From the NCBI RefSeq assembly GCF_009914755.1, contig NC_060943.1: a stretch of 64,000 nucleotides of DNA; one strand, written 5' to 3'. Source of the DNA: the human T2T-CHM13v2.0 reference genome, Homo sapiens. The notes beneath the pieces are model-generated. The model made no database searches. It saw only the letters and a program-made list of their open reading frames with translations, and had not been told where the DNA came from. Of the stretch, positions 33,703 to 47,562 are shown piece by piece (positions within the stretch are counted from its first letter, which is position 1; each line of letters opens with the position of its first letter). The position numbers and the translations under genes are program-made.

Positions 33703-36368
33703 ATACTTAGTCTGTTTCTGTTGCTCTAACAGAATGTTACACACTGAGTAGTATTTAAATATATATATTTAATATATATTAATATAAATATATATATTTG
33801 TAGTTCTAGAAGCTGGGAAGTCCAAGGTCGAGGGTCCACATCTGGTGAGGGCCTTCTTACAGCATCATACATGGTGGAAGGCATCACATTTTCAGAGGGC
33901 AAGAGCAGGCAGGCTAGTTCAGCTCTCTCTCTCTCTTTTTTTTTTTTTTTTTTTTTTTTTGAGATGGAGTCTCTCTGTCTCCCAGGCTGGACTGCAGTGG
34001 CACAATCTTTGCTCACTTCAACCTCCACATCCCAAGCTCAAGTGATTCTCCTACCTCAGCCTCCTGAGTACTTGGGATTACAGGTGTGTGCCACCACATC
34101 CAGCTAAGTTTTGTATTTTTAGTAGAGATGGGGTTTTGCCATGTTGGCCAGGCTGATCTCAAACTCCTGACCTCAGGTGATCTGCCCACTTTGGCCTCCC
34201 ACAATGCTCAGATTACAGGCATGTGTCACCATGCCCAGCCCCTCTCTCCTCTTCTTATAAAGCCACTATGCCATCATGAGGGCCCCACACACATGACCTT
34301 AATTCTAATTACCTCCAAAAGCCCCCACCTGCAAATACCATTAACATACGCATTTGGGGATTAAGTTTCCAGCACATGAACTTTGGGAGGACACATTCAA
34401 ACCATAGCATTTTGCCTCTGGCCCCAAAATCCATGTCTTTCTCACATGCAGAATACATTCATTTCATACCAATAGCCCCAAAGTCTTAACTCATTCCAGC
34501 ACCAACTCAAAAGTCCAAAGTCTCACCTAAATCATGAATGAGTGAGACTGAAAGCACAATTTATTCTGAGATGAATTTCCTTCAGCTGCGAGCCTGGGAA
34601 GTCAAACAAATTATGCTCAAAATACATTAGTGGGACAGGCATGGGATAGAAATTTCCATTCCAAAAGGGAGTAATAAGAAGAAATGAGTAACAGGCTCCA
34701 AGTAAGTCCAAAACCCAACAGGGTGAACAACATTAAATCTCATACCACTTCCTGGTTGGAGTGGGGATGGGCCCCCACTGCCTCAGGCAGCCCTGCCCCT
34801 GTGACTTTGCTGGGTTCAGCCCGTGCTTCCGCTTTCCCAGGGTGGATTTACATGCTGGTAGCTCTATACTTCTTAGGTCCTGGTGGTGGTCCCACTCCGA
34901 TGGCTCCATTTGGCATTTCCCTGGTAGGAACTCAGCATGGCAGCTCTGCCCCTGCAGCAGGTTTCTGCCTGGGCCTGAATGCTTTCTATGACAGGTTTTG
35001 GAATCTAGATGGAGGAAACTGTGTCTCCGTAGCTCTTGCATTCTGCACTCCTGCAGTATTAGCTCCACATGGACACTGCTAAGGCTTATGGCTTAGGCCT
35101 TCTGCAATGGTGGTCTGAACTGCAACTGGGGCTGCCTGAGCCACAGCTGGGGCTAAAAAGTGCTGCACCAGAATGCAGTGAGCAGAGCTCTGAGGTGGCA
35201 CAGGGCAGTGAGACATGGAGGGATCCCCTGGCCAGACCCGCAAAACCATTTTGCCCTCCTAGAGCTCTGGGCCTGTGAGGGGCCATATCAATGATCTCAG
35301 AAATGCCTTCAGGACTGTTTCCCCTTTTTCTCAATGATTAGCACCTGGTCCCTTCTATTCCTGCTCATCTCTAGTGACCAGTCACTCAGCCACACCCTTG
35401 CTGTGTTCTCCCTAACTTGTTTTTCTGTTCTTCACATTGCCAAACTGTGAATTTTCCAAATTTTTATACTTGGCTTCCATTTTAATTATTATTCTGCTTG
35501 AAATCATCTCTTTGCTCCCATATCTCACTGTAAGCATTCAAGAACAGCCATGCAGTATCCGGAACACTTTGTGGCTTAGATTTTTTTTTTTTTTTTTTGG
35601 CCCAGCTCACCACTCTTAGGTTCCACCTTCCATAATGTCCTAGGACATGGACATAATGCAGCCAAGTTCTTTCCTGCTTTATAACAAGGATGACCTTTAT
35701 TTCTATCTGAGACCTTGTTAGAATGGCCTTTCCTGTACACATTTCTACTAGCATTCTGGTCATGACTACTTAAGTGCTCTCTAATAAGTTCCTGACTTTC
35801 CCTCATTTTCTTGTCTCTTATGAATCTTCACAAGAATTACCCCTAATCCTCTGCTTCTGCCACTATGCAACACGCTTTTCTGAGCCTGTTGCTTCACATT
35901 CTTCCATTTTCTACCCATTATCCAATACCAAACTACCTCCAAATATTCAGGAATTTTTATAGTGACAATCCCACATCTCAGTACCAATTTTCTGTCTCAG
36001 TCCATTTTCTGTTGCTATAACTGAATAGCACAGATTGGGTAGTTTATTTTTAAAAATAGATGTTTATTTAGCTCATAGTCTTGTTGTCACCAAGTTCAAA
36101 AGCATGGCACCAGCACCTGGCAAGGGCCTCTGTGCTGCACCATACTATAGCATGAGGTGTTCACATGGTAGGCAGGCATGGGTGCATCTGCTCATGACTT
36201 TATTCCTCTTCTTATAAAGCCACCAGTCTCATCATGGGGTCTCAGCCTAATGACCTTATGTTATCCTAATTGCTGCCCAAAGGCCCCATTTAGTCCCACC
36301 TCTTAATAGTGTCACAAAGACAACTGAATTCCAACATGAGTTTTGGAGAAGGCACTCAAACCATAGCA
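33703..36368 (-). mobile_element. Full-length MaLR element (MLT1A/MST-type): LTR 33703-34389, internal 34390-35990, LTR 35992-36368
   Basis: Both LTRs start (T)CAGT/TAGTC...TTCTGTTGCT and end CAAACCATAGCA. A MaLR-type internal sequence lies between them, ending CAGTACCAATTTTC. Confidence 0.85.
33936..34240 (-). mobile_element. AluS inside the left LTR
   Basis: poly(T) followed by reverse Alu; CT-rich flanks. Confidence 0.95.
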
Positions 36369-37550
36369 GTACTCATACACTCATACCCTTTCATCATATG
36401 TAAGAATATTGCAATTATTTCATCTTTAAATCTGATTGTGGGGAAGATCTATTTCTGACACATGGAAAATCCATGTCCCAGTCTCTAAGATAAGAACCAA
36501 GTCCCAGGGATTTTCTTTTAAGTCAGTGTCTCTGCTCATATTATAATTTCATTCAGTGGATATGTATTCCTAAATCTACTTTCAATTTAACTGATATTCC
36601 CCCAAGATGGATTCAGATAAAAAGCTGGGCCTTATGGGACAGGATTCCTTCATGAATTCAGCACTAATTTTCTCCTCCTGTCACATCTTCTGCAGATATA
36701 AGGAGAGAGCTGTAATATAGCATCCTCCATGCTATCATCTGGGGAAATTCTTAATCAACACACCCTCCCAGACAAATGGGCCATCAAGTGTTTCACAGAT
36801 GGATGGGACAGTCAGGCCGCCCCGAATTAGTGGGCTTGGCTTATCTGTTTTTTTTATCTATTATTTCTGTTCCCCTTTTTGCAGTCTCTTTGCTGTAATT
36901 GAATTATGCTTATAACTCACATCTTTTATGAGCATAGCTCAAACACACCTTACTGGGGACAAAGCTGCTAGTACTCAGCATGAATAGGTGTTTTGAAGCC
37001 AAAGAAGCATGCATTTCTGTCCTTAAAAATTCTTACAGTGCTATTCTGATGGGGAGACAGTCTGAAATATATATAGGTAGGCCAGATTTCAAGAGAGGAG
37101 ATAGAGTAATTTGGAAACTTAAGCATTTTGGTGCCTCTCTAAAAGGGACAAGGATGCCATTCTACACAACTCTGGAGAGCATGGCGACATTTCATTCTAT
37201 GCCCCTAGCAAACTTAGAACATGGCGCCCTGGAGAGGCTCACATTCACTTAGAAAAAAATACAATAGTGAGCATACTTTTAAAATGCTCTTTTTATAAGA
37301 CTCAACATATACTCAGAAAAATTCCAGTTGGGATCTGTGGAAGAGAAAAAGTTTCTGCAAAATTGGAGAAAATGTGTAGCACAGTATTGTCACTATGTGT
37401 GTGCAAGTGAAATGTAAGTGCTTTAGTAAAGTTCTTAAGCTCACCCTCCTCTATGTCTACCTTCAGGACTCAGCCATCTCTGAGCGTAAACACGTGAAAA
37501 TATATGCTAACTTGTATGAAATTCAATATGAATATTTGAGAGCTTTCTGG

Positions 37551-37845
37551 GGCTGGGTGTGGTGGCTCATGCCTGTAATCCCATTACTTTGAGAGGCAGA
37601 GACAGAAGAATGGCTTGAGGCCAGGTATTCCAGACCAACCTGGGCAACATAGCAAGGTCTTGTCTCTACTAAAAATAAAATTAAAAATAAAATTACCTAT
37701 AATTGGTGGCTTGTGCCTCAAGTCCCAGCTGCTTGGGAGGCTAATGTGAGAGAATCACCTGAGCAAAGGAGCTCAAGGCTGTATTAAGCTATGATTGTGC
37801 CACTGTACTCCAGCCTGGGTGTTTTCAAAAAATAAAAATAGAAAA
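37551..37845 (+). mobile_element. AluJ
   Basis: Diverged Alu with J-type motifs. Flanks GAGCTTTCTGG and GAGTTTTCTGG resemble a TSD. Confidence 0.9.
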
Positions 37846-39298
37846 GAGTTTTCTGGGAAGGAAGAGATCCTAAATGAAGCCATCAGAAACAACTAGTTTG
37901 ACTCAGCTGCAAAGGGTTTGCTAACGCAAGTGAGAAATAATTCTGAATACAGAATGAAGTCCAACTCCTGGGAAATTCTTTGGATTCTAGCAAGAGGACA
38001 AAGAGACACAAGTAAACAGAGGTCAATGCCATGAGGATCATGTGAGATACAGGCACGCAAGCAGGATTAAGATGGGGCTAGAGAGGACCACAAAGAAGAT
38101 GAATCCATCCGTTTCTTCACACACCACCCCCAAGACTGGGCTGCATCAGGGACCCAGCCTCCTAGTGATGCAGTTGGGAAGGAGACCACAGTGCCTACTG
38201 AAACTGCAGTAACCGTTAGTGAGAGAAGGAAGAAGCAGGCAAGAGAATGTTGGTGTATTCAAAATAGACAACCTGTCAAAACTCCAAGGACTATGAGGGG
38301 AACTTTTCAAGGAGCTGGGCCATGTGAGCATGTGGCTACCTGAGCTAGGAAGTCCATGCTATTACTGTCATTGTGACCCAATCTGTACCAACTAGCTGGT
38401 CTGACCATGCAAGCACAGGGGATATACTACACAAAGCATTCCTCTTTTTATTGAGCCTCAAAAGAAACTGGAAACCGGTGTCTAGATCTCAATGGTGTGG
38501 AGATGAGAGCCAGATGAGTCCATGTCTCCCATCCCTTAGCCAGCACTGTCCATCTTGGAATGTTAAGCTGCAAGGGCAAATGATATCTTACTGTGGTCTT
38601 CTGACCCAGTATTCCACACCACATTTAAATATTGTCAGTGCCACTATTGATTTAGGCATGCAAAAATGAGATCCTTCAATTACAGAGAACAAACGTGCTG
38701 TATATAATGCATTTCAGAGATATTTATTGCAATTCTCATAGCAGGATCCTGATGGAGAACAAAGAAATTAAAGCTCAGAGCTACTTGAGCACTCTTCTCT
38801 TAAGAAACAGGGGATCTCCTACTTCCTGATGTCACTTGTTCTCTCTTCAGCTTCTTGACCACTGCATAGCCTAATCTGGTTGCCTGACACTTGTTAGATT
38901 CAGAGCTTCCTGCTAGCCACTGTGCAAAAAGAGGGGAACAATCCACACCAAGACAAGAAAACCTTGCTTAGGAGGAGAATGGAATGATTGCAAACACTAT
39001 GAGAATAAAGGCTACACCTGTTATATTTGTTGAAGTATTCCCACCATATGGTCCAGTGCTGAAACATGGCAGGCACTCAATGAGTTTTTAGTTTTTCACT
39101 CAAAATTAAATTAAAATAATGAGATGACCTTTATATCAGAGGTGAAAGGCTTAGTGAGTGGAAAGGAGGGAGAAACTAACTGTCTAGGTTGTGTGCATTG
39201 ATGGAGAGTGGAAGACACTGGCAACTGAGTTGCAGACCTGGGCTGGAGCAAGTTGTCGTGACTCCTAACCAGTTGTCCATTCCCATGCACTGCACCAC

Positions 39299-39473
39299 CC
39301 TGACTATGAACTTGGGTATGGAGGGCATGGGTAGTGGTGGCTCCCCTCAGGTATCTCCAGGCCCTCTGCCCTCTGTGCTGGCAGTCCTGACTGTGAACTC
39401 AGGCATGGAGGGTGTGGGTAATGGTGGCTCCCCTCTGGGTATCTCAAGGCTCTCTGCCCTCCATGCTGGCAGT
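39299..39473. repeat. Tandem duplication, 2 x ~87 bp
   Basis: CCTGACT(A/G)TGAACT...GCTGGCAGT starts at 39299 and 39386. Confidence 0.9.
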
Positions 39474-39582
39474 ATTTGCCAGTGCAGGTGAGGGCATGGT
39501 GAATGAAGCCCCTCATATCAGAGTTTGACTTCAGATGGTAGATTTTGTGTGAGTGATGCAGCAGGCACACATTTTACTCATT

Positions 39583-39747
39583 TTAATTTTTTCAAGCTTT
39601 ACTGAAGCATAATTCATAAATATAAATTATATATATTTAATGTGTACAGAGGGATGTTTTGATATATGTATATACTGTGAAATGATTACTGCCATCAAGC
39701 TAATTAACATAACCATCACCACATAGTTACCGTGTGTGTGTGTGTGT

Positions 39748-39778
<31 letters not shown>

Positions 39779-40035
39779 GTGAGAACACAAGATCTACCCT
39801 CTTAGCAAATTTCCAGGATGCAATACACTATTATACATTATAGTCACCAAGCTAGCTATACATAAGACCTCCAGAATGTATTCATCTCATAGCTGAAAGT
39901 ATGTACCCTTCCACCCAAATCCCCCAATTTCCCTCACCCCCAGTCCCTGTCAACCTATTTTCTACTCTGTTCCTATGAGTTGGACTTCTTTAGATTTTAC
40001 ATATAAATGAGATCATGCAGTATTTGTCTTTCTGG
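39583..40035 (-). mobile_element. L1MA/MB 3' end containing (TG)n at 39732-39778
   Basis: Ends TTAGATTTTACATATAAATGAGATCATGCAGTATTTGTC. Confidence 0.82.
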
Positions 40036-41488
40036 GGAACAGGTTTTAAAACCAACAACCTGTTCCAGTGACTCCCCTCCTTTGAGTGTGATGGTGACAC
40101 CTTGCGTCAGTGACAGTCCTCACAGGGAGGCTGAGGCTGGGCCAGCTGGAAAGTGATGGTCAGTGAGGCACTGCGTGGGACTCCCTGAAACTGATACAAC
40201 AGTTTCATACAGTTTCAACAGTACATACACACCTGGAGTTGCCACCAGATTCTCTTCCTGAACTGTGGCCCCCTTGTGGGTGTGGGTGGTGAAGTCTCCT
40301 GGTCATTAAGCCCCTGCAGCCCCAGGGCAAGCTCCCCTCTGGGTGAGGATGGAGACTCAAGACTCAGTAGGGCAGAAATACATCTCCATTCCTGGGTTCC
40401 TGCAGCTAGCTTTCCCTCCTGGAAATGAGTTTGGGCTTCACCAGTTCACTCTTTGGCCAGCCAGGTTCCCTTGATATCTAACACATTCTCATCACAATGA
40501 CTGAGGTGACAGTGGGACTTAATGTTTTCATCTTCCGTGCCCTTGTGACTGACAGTCATAAAAATGTTCATTCAAAGAAACTAGCCATGTCCTGTGCCTG
40601 ACGAACCATGAGGCCTTCCAAGCCCCACCCAGGCATCACTGACTCCTTCCAGCTTCCTTTGCTCCCCAGGCTGAGCTCAGCCTCTGCCTGTCCTGTATTG
40701 CAGAGCACCTTGTCATCCCTCCTTCATGTAGCCTAGGTCTACCTATTGGGGGCTAGAATTTTCTGGTCCTTATTATCTTTCTTCTTGGTCATAATCCTAT
40801 GACCAAGGTGAAAAAAGCAGTAGGAGAAGTTGAAAATTGAGTACATTGAAGCCTTGACCAGCTGGTAAACAGATTCTATCTTCCTTGATGCAGAATCAAT
40901 AACCTACAACTTTAGCTGAATTTCTCAGGACAGCCTTCTCTGGGACCCATCTCTGTCCCCTAAAAATTTCAGAATGTTCTGTCTTCTAGCCCAGCTGAAC
41001 CTGTGTGTGTGCTTTGCAGCTGTGAGGGCCATTGCCATGAGCACCTACCTGTGAAGGAGGCGTAATGCTGTTCCTTCCATCCTCATGGCCCCAGAATGTT
41101 TTCCCATTGGGCTGAGTTGAGCCCAGTTGAGTGGAACCACTTCTTTTATTCAAGCATCTTGGAATAGAGGTCTGAGGAATCCAGACTCTCTTTACTTGGC
41201 TCTGGGCTGCCTCCTCAGAGCTATTAGCCAAATTAATGGCACATCTATAACTGGCACAGCAGCTTGTGTCTGGGTTCTGGTATATTTATCTAGTAAATGT
41301 TCTGTAAAATCATATTATGAAATTAAAACAAGATCTTAATAAATCACAGTGTATGAGATTTACCAACAGGATTAGGAAGACATTTCTGGAGGCAGGAATT
41401 GCGCTTGTTTCCCAAAGGTATGCTTTGCTTGGTACTGCTAAATGCTGCACTAGAGTCCCTGGAGTGGCCGAGAGCCCTGTGGCTCTAT

Positions 41489-41654
41489 AGCTCAGCAAGG
41501 GTGTCCTGGAGTTGATCCAAGTTGTGAAATGTTCCTTACATCTTGATTGTCAAGCTCTCACTCCTCTCCACAGCTCAGCAAGGGTGTCCTGGGGTTGATC
41601 CAAGTTGTGAAATGTTCCTTACATCCCCTTAGTTGTCAGGCTGTCACTCCTCTC
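41489..41654. repeat. Tandem duplication, 2 x ~83 bp
   Basis: AGCTCAGCAAGGGTGTCCTGG(A/G)GTTGATCCAAGTTGTGAAATGTTCCTTACATC starts at 41489 and 41572. Confidence 0.92.
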
Positions 41655-42232
41655 TGAAATACACCCAGCTCTTGACCACTTCTCCACCTGGTGCTCATGC
41701 TTTAGTTCAGGTCCTCAAAATGGATGATTCCAGCAGCCTCTTTACTCCTCACCTATCACAACATCACACGGGCTCTGATTTATCACACACTCAGCCCTGT
41801 CATGATGTGCTTCCCCAAAGTGCACCCCAGCACCCCCAAGCCAGACACCTTCCAATCAGCCTCCTACCCCCACACTCACCTCCATATTTCTCTCTGTTGC
41901 TAGAGTACGTGAGGCACATCAGAGGTCGCCCTTGTCCTTAGGCTGTAGATTGGATTTAACTAACTGGGAGTTTGAGAGATGCAAGGAGACCAGAATGAGA
42001 AAGGAGGATGAATTCAGTATTTATTTTGCCACTGCTTTTCTGTGAGGCCATCTCAGCCTGGTTGTTTCCCTCCAACAAAGGTCAAAGCTCCTCTTAAAGA
42101 GGCCTGCTCTCCATGATTCTGTCCTTCTGATGCTAGAAATAACTTTCTCCCCAAATCCCTTTGGGCCTGATACGGTCACTAGAACCATGTTACTGCCCTA
42201 CTTATGGGCTTGCTGAACACTCCTTGTTAAAA

Positions 42233-42655
42233 AGTGATAAAAGAAAAACTTCAGCTAAATTAAATTTAAAAGAGTTTAATTGAGCAATGAACAACTCGTG
42301 AATCAGGCAGCCTCCTGAGCCAGAGTAGGCTCTGACACTCCAGAGCAACCACGTGGTGGAAGATTAATGGGCAGCAAAGGAAAGTGATGTAGAGAAAATA
42401 GAAGTGAGGTACAGAGACATTTGGGTTGGTTACAGGTGTTTGCTTTATTTGAACACAGTTTGAACACTCAGCGGTGTATGAGTGGTTGAAGTATGGCTGC
42501 TTGGATTGGCTGAGACTCAGCTATTGTTACAGGTACATACTCCTAAATTAGGTTTTCAATCTCGTCTACCTACTAAGTTAGGTTGTGGTTAGTCCACAGG
42601 GACTCAAATACAGAAGTAGGGAGTCCTTCTCAGGCCACATTTAGTTCGCTTTCAC
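42233..42655 (-). mobile_element. ERV1 solo LTR (MER57-like), apparently nested in an older LTR remnant
   Basis: AAAAGAAAAACTTCAGCTAAATTAAATTTAAAAGAGTTTAATTGAGCAATGAAC...GCCAGAGTAGGCTC resembles MER57. Confidence 0.7.
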
Positions 42656-44537
42656 TATAATAGTCCGTTTATTGAATTGTCCCTTTCTTATTCTAATTAG
42701 AATTGACCATCCTTTTCCTGACCAGCCTTCAACTAGCACACTTATCTTTCTAAAACCATTCAGGGTTTCACATTAAACTCACAAACATTTTTCTCAAAGA
42801 GCAGAGCCAGTCCAGGGAGACTCCCCAGGAAGGGAGCCTCACTCTTTTGGTTCCTGCAAATTTTTTGCCATAGCTCTTTGTTGGTTGAACCCAACTAGAT
42901 GTTGGAAAACAGGGGTTTGTGAATGTCATAGACACAACATCCTTCCTCCTGGAGCAGGGGCAGGGAGAAGAGTGGAGAGGGGGCATGGGGGTGGGAATGA
43001 AAGGTAGCACAGAATGGTTCCTGACAGAGGCTTCAACCTCTGGGTGATGCTGAGGAATCCCCTCTGGGTGTGTCACATACAGCTGCAGGGGGAGGACACG
43101 TCTAGCAAGAGGAAGACATCTGGGATGCCGGACTTGGAGCAGTTATGCTCATGATGCAGGGAAGATTCGCAGAGATTCCATATTCGGTGGGAGGGGTTCC
43201 TTGAGATCTGAGAGAGGAGGACAGGTAGGTTCAGAGGGAGAAACCGTGGCTCACACTTTCATCAACTCGTGAGCTCTCAGTGCCTGAAGGCAGAGCACGT
43301 CTTCCCCATTAGTCATCAGCATTCAGAAGCAGAAAATCAGAGCTCGCCTCCCTCCTAGGTGTGTGATCAGCTGCCAGACCCTGAGAGGAGTGTTTCCTAC
43401 CCAGGCCTTTTCTTCACAGATGTGCCTCCTTCCTTCTCCTTACCTTCCGTCTGTCTCTCTTTCCCTTTCTCTTACTGTGTTTCTTTGTTTTCATTCTTCC
43501 CCTGCTCAGTGTGACTGCTGCGATAGTGATCTCTCCCAAACACAGGTCACTTGGGCCCCTTCCCACTTCTATCTTCACTCCATTCTGCAGAGCAATTCCT
43601 TCCAAAGCATCAAGCATGTTCAAATGCAAATTGCACATCCTAAGAACTCCCTTTTGTTCCTAAGGAATGAGCCCAACACCCCGGGGAGACCCTGAAGGCC
43701 CTTCTCTCCCTGGCTCCAGTCCTTCTTTCTAATCTCCTCCCCACCCCCATATCTCCCTGTGCACATTACACACACCCAAGCAGCTTGTAGGCCCCAGGGA
43801 CGCCCTGTGTTTCCACCCCAAATGCTTTCACCAGGAGATTCCTTCCATAGAACGTCTCTTCCCACTTTTCCTCCTAGCCCAACCACCATTTCCTCTATGT
43901 AATTTTCACTTCACTTCTTTACCGGTGTTTTCCCAGCATTTCATATTAATCATTTTCTCCTCCATAATTTATAATGTCTTCTGTATTCTCTTTATTGGTC
44001 AGGAGTGGCACCATCTTTACAGGACTCTAAGGGGAAAGTGAAAATAGAAAACTGCCTTTGCCTGGTCTCTCCTCCTCCCTCATAACTAATCAGCCATCCA
44101 GATCTCACTGATTTAGCCTCTAAAGATTTCTCAAATCTATTCCTCTCTCCCTTCCTACCGCCATTGCCCTACTTCAGATGCTTGTCATTTCTCTCCCAGA
44201 ACATCGCAACAGCCTTAAAATTGTCTTCCATGCCTCCGGTCTTTCTCCTCTTCAATGTATTTTCCATTCTGCAGTCACTCTGTACTCTTCCAATCTGTCT
44301 AAAACACACATCTGACCTTGTCCCTCCACAGCTTAAAACACCTTCAACTGAGGAATACAGTCTAAGTTCCCCGGCCCAGATATGGCCAGAGCCCCATTCT
44401 CCAGCCTCATGGTTGACACCTGTGCTTCCACTGCTCCCTCCTGAGCACGTGGTGTCCAGTGCAGCCCAGGACATACCTCTCCCATCTGTCCTCTTGGTAT
44501 ATGAGGTCCCTGTGCAGGAAATGCCTCTCACTCTCCA

Positions 44538-44569
<32 letters not shown>

Positions 44570-44677
44570 ATGTTCATTCACACACAGTCTTGTTGGCTTG
44601 GTGAACTCCTTCTCGGCCTTCAAAACTCACTTCCATTCTTGCTCCACAGTCTACTCCTAACTGGCCGTCTGTAGCAT

Positions 44678-45190
44678 AGGGATCTCCAAACTACAGCCCC
44701 CCGGTCAAATCTAGGCTAACTGCTTGTTGTTTTTGTAAATAAAATTTTACTGAAGCCAGGCACAGCGCCTCATCCCTGTAATCCCAGCTTTTTGGGAGGC
44801 CAAGGCAGGAGGATCATTTGAGCCCAGGAGTTTGAGACTGGCCTGGGCAAAAGAACAAGATCCATTTCTACAAAAAAAAAAAAGAAAGAAAGAAAAGAAT
44901 TAGCTGGGCATGTTGGTGTGCACCTGTAGTCCCAGCTACTCGGGAGGCAGAGGACAGAGGATCACTTGAGCTCAGAAGTTCAAGGCTGCAGTGAGCTATG
45001 ATCACACCATTTCACTCCAGCCTTGGTGACAGAATGATTCTGTCTCTTAAAAAAGAAAGTTTTATTGAAACACAGCATGACTTTCATTGGTATATTATCT
45101 GCAGCTGCTTTTGCACTACCCTTGCAGAGTGGAAAAGTCGAGACAGAGACCATAAATATTTATTCTACAGCTGTTTAAGGAAACTTCTCT
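44678..45190. mobile_element. MER58-like DNA transposon split by an AluJ (44755-45055, +)
   Basis: MER58 motifs on both sides of the Alu; TSD-like AAAATTTTACTGAA / AAAGTTTTATTGAA. Confidence 0.8.
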
Positions 45191-45596
45191 TTATATAAAT
45201 ATATTTAACCTTTATATATATATATACACACACACACACACATACATATATACACATATATATACACACATGTATATTTGAATATTTGAAGAAATCTGAG
45301 AAATATAATTTTGAGTGAAAAGCAAATTTCACAGTGATAGTCACAGCACGCACACAGCTTCTGCACATGTGAAAGCATACACAAATCAGCACTTGTAAAT
45401 AAAAACATACATATAATACAAAAATTTACAAATAGACTGAAAGATACACATTAAATACATGGCAATTATTTTCTCTGAAGAGAAGAAAGGAAAAAATTTA
45501 GGCTCGTTGCCAAAGGGCTTTAGCTTTATTTTTAATCTATTTATTTTAAAAAGACTGGATGTAAATATGACAACCTATTAAAAACTGATCATTTGG

Positions 45597-45899
45597 GGCA
45601 GGCACGGTGGCTCATGCCTGTAATCCCAGCACTTTGGGAGGCCGAGGTGGGCAGATCACGAGGTCAGGAGTTCAAGACCAGCCTGCCCAATATGGTGAAA
45701 CCCCCTCTCTACTAAAAAACATAAAAATTAGCCGGGCGTGGTGGCACATGCCTGTAGTCCCAGCTACTCGGGACACTGAGGCAGAAGAATTGCTTAACTC
45801 GGGAGGTGGAGGTTGCAGTGAGCCAAGATCATGCCACTGCACTCCATCCTGGGCGACAGAGTGAGACTCCGTCTCAAAAACAACAACAACAACAAAAAA
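45597..45899 (+). mobile_element. AluS with (CAA)n tail
   Basis: TSD AAAAACTGATCATTTGGG on both sides. Confidence 0.97.
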
Positions 45900-46729
45900 C
45901 TGATCATTTGGGATAGTGAAAATAAGGGCACCTATTGTTTTAGTTTTTTGCTTTCATATTTTCAGAGTTCTCAACATAAAAACAAACCTTTCTTCAGATA
46001 TCACCCCCGTTCAGCCCTTCTCCACCCCTTAATTTCCACATGGAGATACTGGCCCCTCTCCCACACTTTCCTTCATTCCTTCCACACACTGAAGTGTGAT
46101 ATGATCAAGGCAGTTGTCAACATTGTCACTTGTATGATTGTCTTTCTCATTGGAATGAATGTGAGCTCACTGAGGACAAGTACGATTTTGAATTTATGCC
46201 CTAGTGCGTGTCCGAATATGTTTGAGATGAGTTTACCTCTCTTATGCCTGCAACAAAATTTTATTTTGTTTAAAGGGTAGTTATTTTTTTCTTACATCTC
46301 CCTAATTAGCCAAGAGCTCCTTGGGGCCAGGGATATGTTCTTACTGTCCTCTCAGTCCCTGTGGCCCGGCATCCAGCTATCACTCAAGGAAGGTGGAAAT
46401 GCGGGATCAGGACCCAGGGCTTGGCTCCAGACAGCCCATCTCCAGTAGAGGCACAAGCAGTGGGCCCAGCTTTAACTTCCGTAACTGCCCAGGATGAGAA
46501 CAGACAGGGAGCAAACTGAGTAATGGACTAAAAAGCAAGGAACTTGGAGAGAAGGTTAGAGGAGATCAGATTGTTTACCCAAAGCAGAGACTCAAAGGCA
46601 AGTGCACAAATCTCTGCCACATGCCCTTAATTTGTCTACTGCTCTCTGGCCACTGTCTCTGTTTTTTGTTTTTTTTTTTACTGGTTCCCTCTCCATACAT
46701 GACCATGAACCACTAGCATAAGGAGGTGA

Positions 46730-46830
46730 CTGTCAAAGTGTGGTCTCAGATCAGCAGCAGCAGGGTCACCCGGGAGCTTGTCAGAAACGCAAATGCTGGG
46801 GCCGACCCCAGAAACCCTGCTACACAGTTT
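46730..46830. mobile_element. MER5A-like fragment
   Basis: CAAAGTGTGGTC...CAGCAGCA...TCACCCGGGAGCTTGTCAGAAACGCAAATGCT. Confidence 0.65.
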
Positions 46831-47562
46831 GGTCCCCAGCCTTCCCCCTCTATGGCCTACCTTCACCTCTCACCTTGGGCAAATCCACAGTCTCCCAAAT
46901 AATCCATTACTGTCCGGCACTGAGATCTGTAAATTCAGGGCTCTAGCACAGACTCACCCTTGAACTCCGGTCATGCCTGAGCAACCCTCTGCCCCCACTT
47001 AGCATCTCTGCTTAGAGCTCCTGAAGGCCCTGCTGACTACCACGTCCTGGGTGTGAACTACCCCCAAATCTGGCCCTCGATCCAGCTGCGTAACATTGTC
47101 TTCCATCTATATAACTTATCTGGAAAGCTCTACTATTTTCTCACCCTGTTCCCTTCCTTAATCCACCACCAATCCCCGGATATTTTACATTCTACGTGTC
47201 TGTTACATCCACCCACCCCTGTGATAACCATGGCACTTCTGTCTCAGGGATATTTAAACATGAAAAGGGATCCTGTTTTTCCACTTAACATGGCACTACC
47301 AGACCTTGCACAGCCTGACCATGCTCCTCTGACCTCACCGGGCGACAGCCTCTCCCTTGCTCTTTGAGGCCCAGGAACACTGCTCAGCTTCTCAAACAGG
47401 CCATGCTTGTGGGCGTCACGAGGCCTCTATGCGTGCAGCCCCTTCCCTTGGCACTGTCTTTTTACCCCAGCCCACCTTCACCTATATTTATTCCTACTTG
47501 CCTTTCGTAGCTCAGTTGTAGGATCCTCTTGGGGGAGACTTTCTGTCTGGGCATATACTTTT

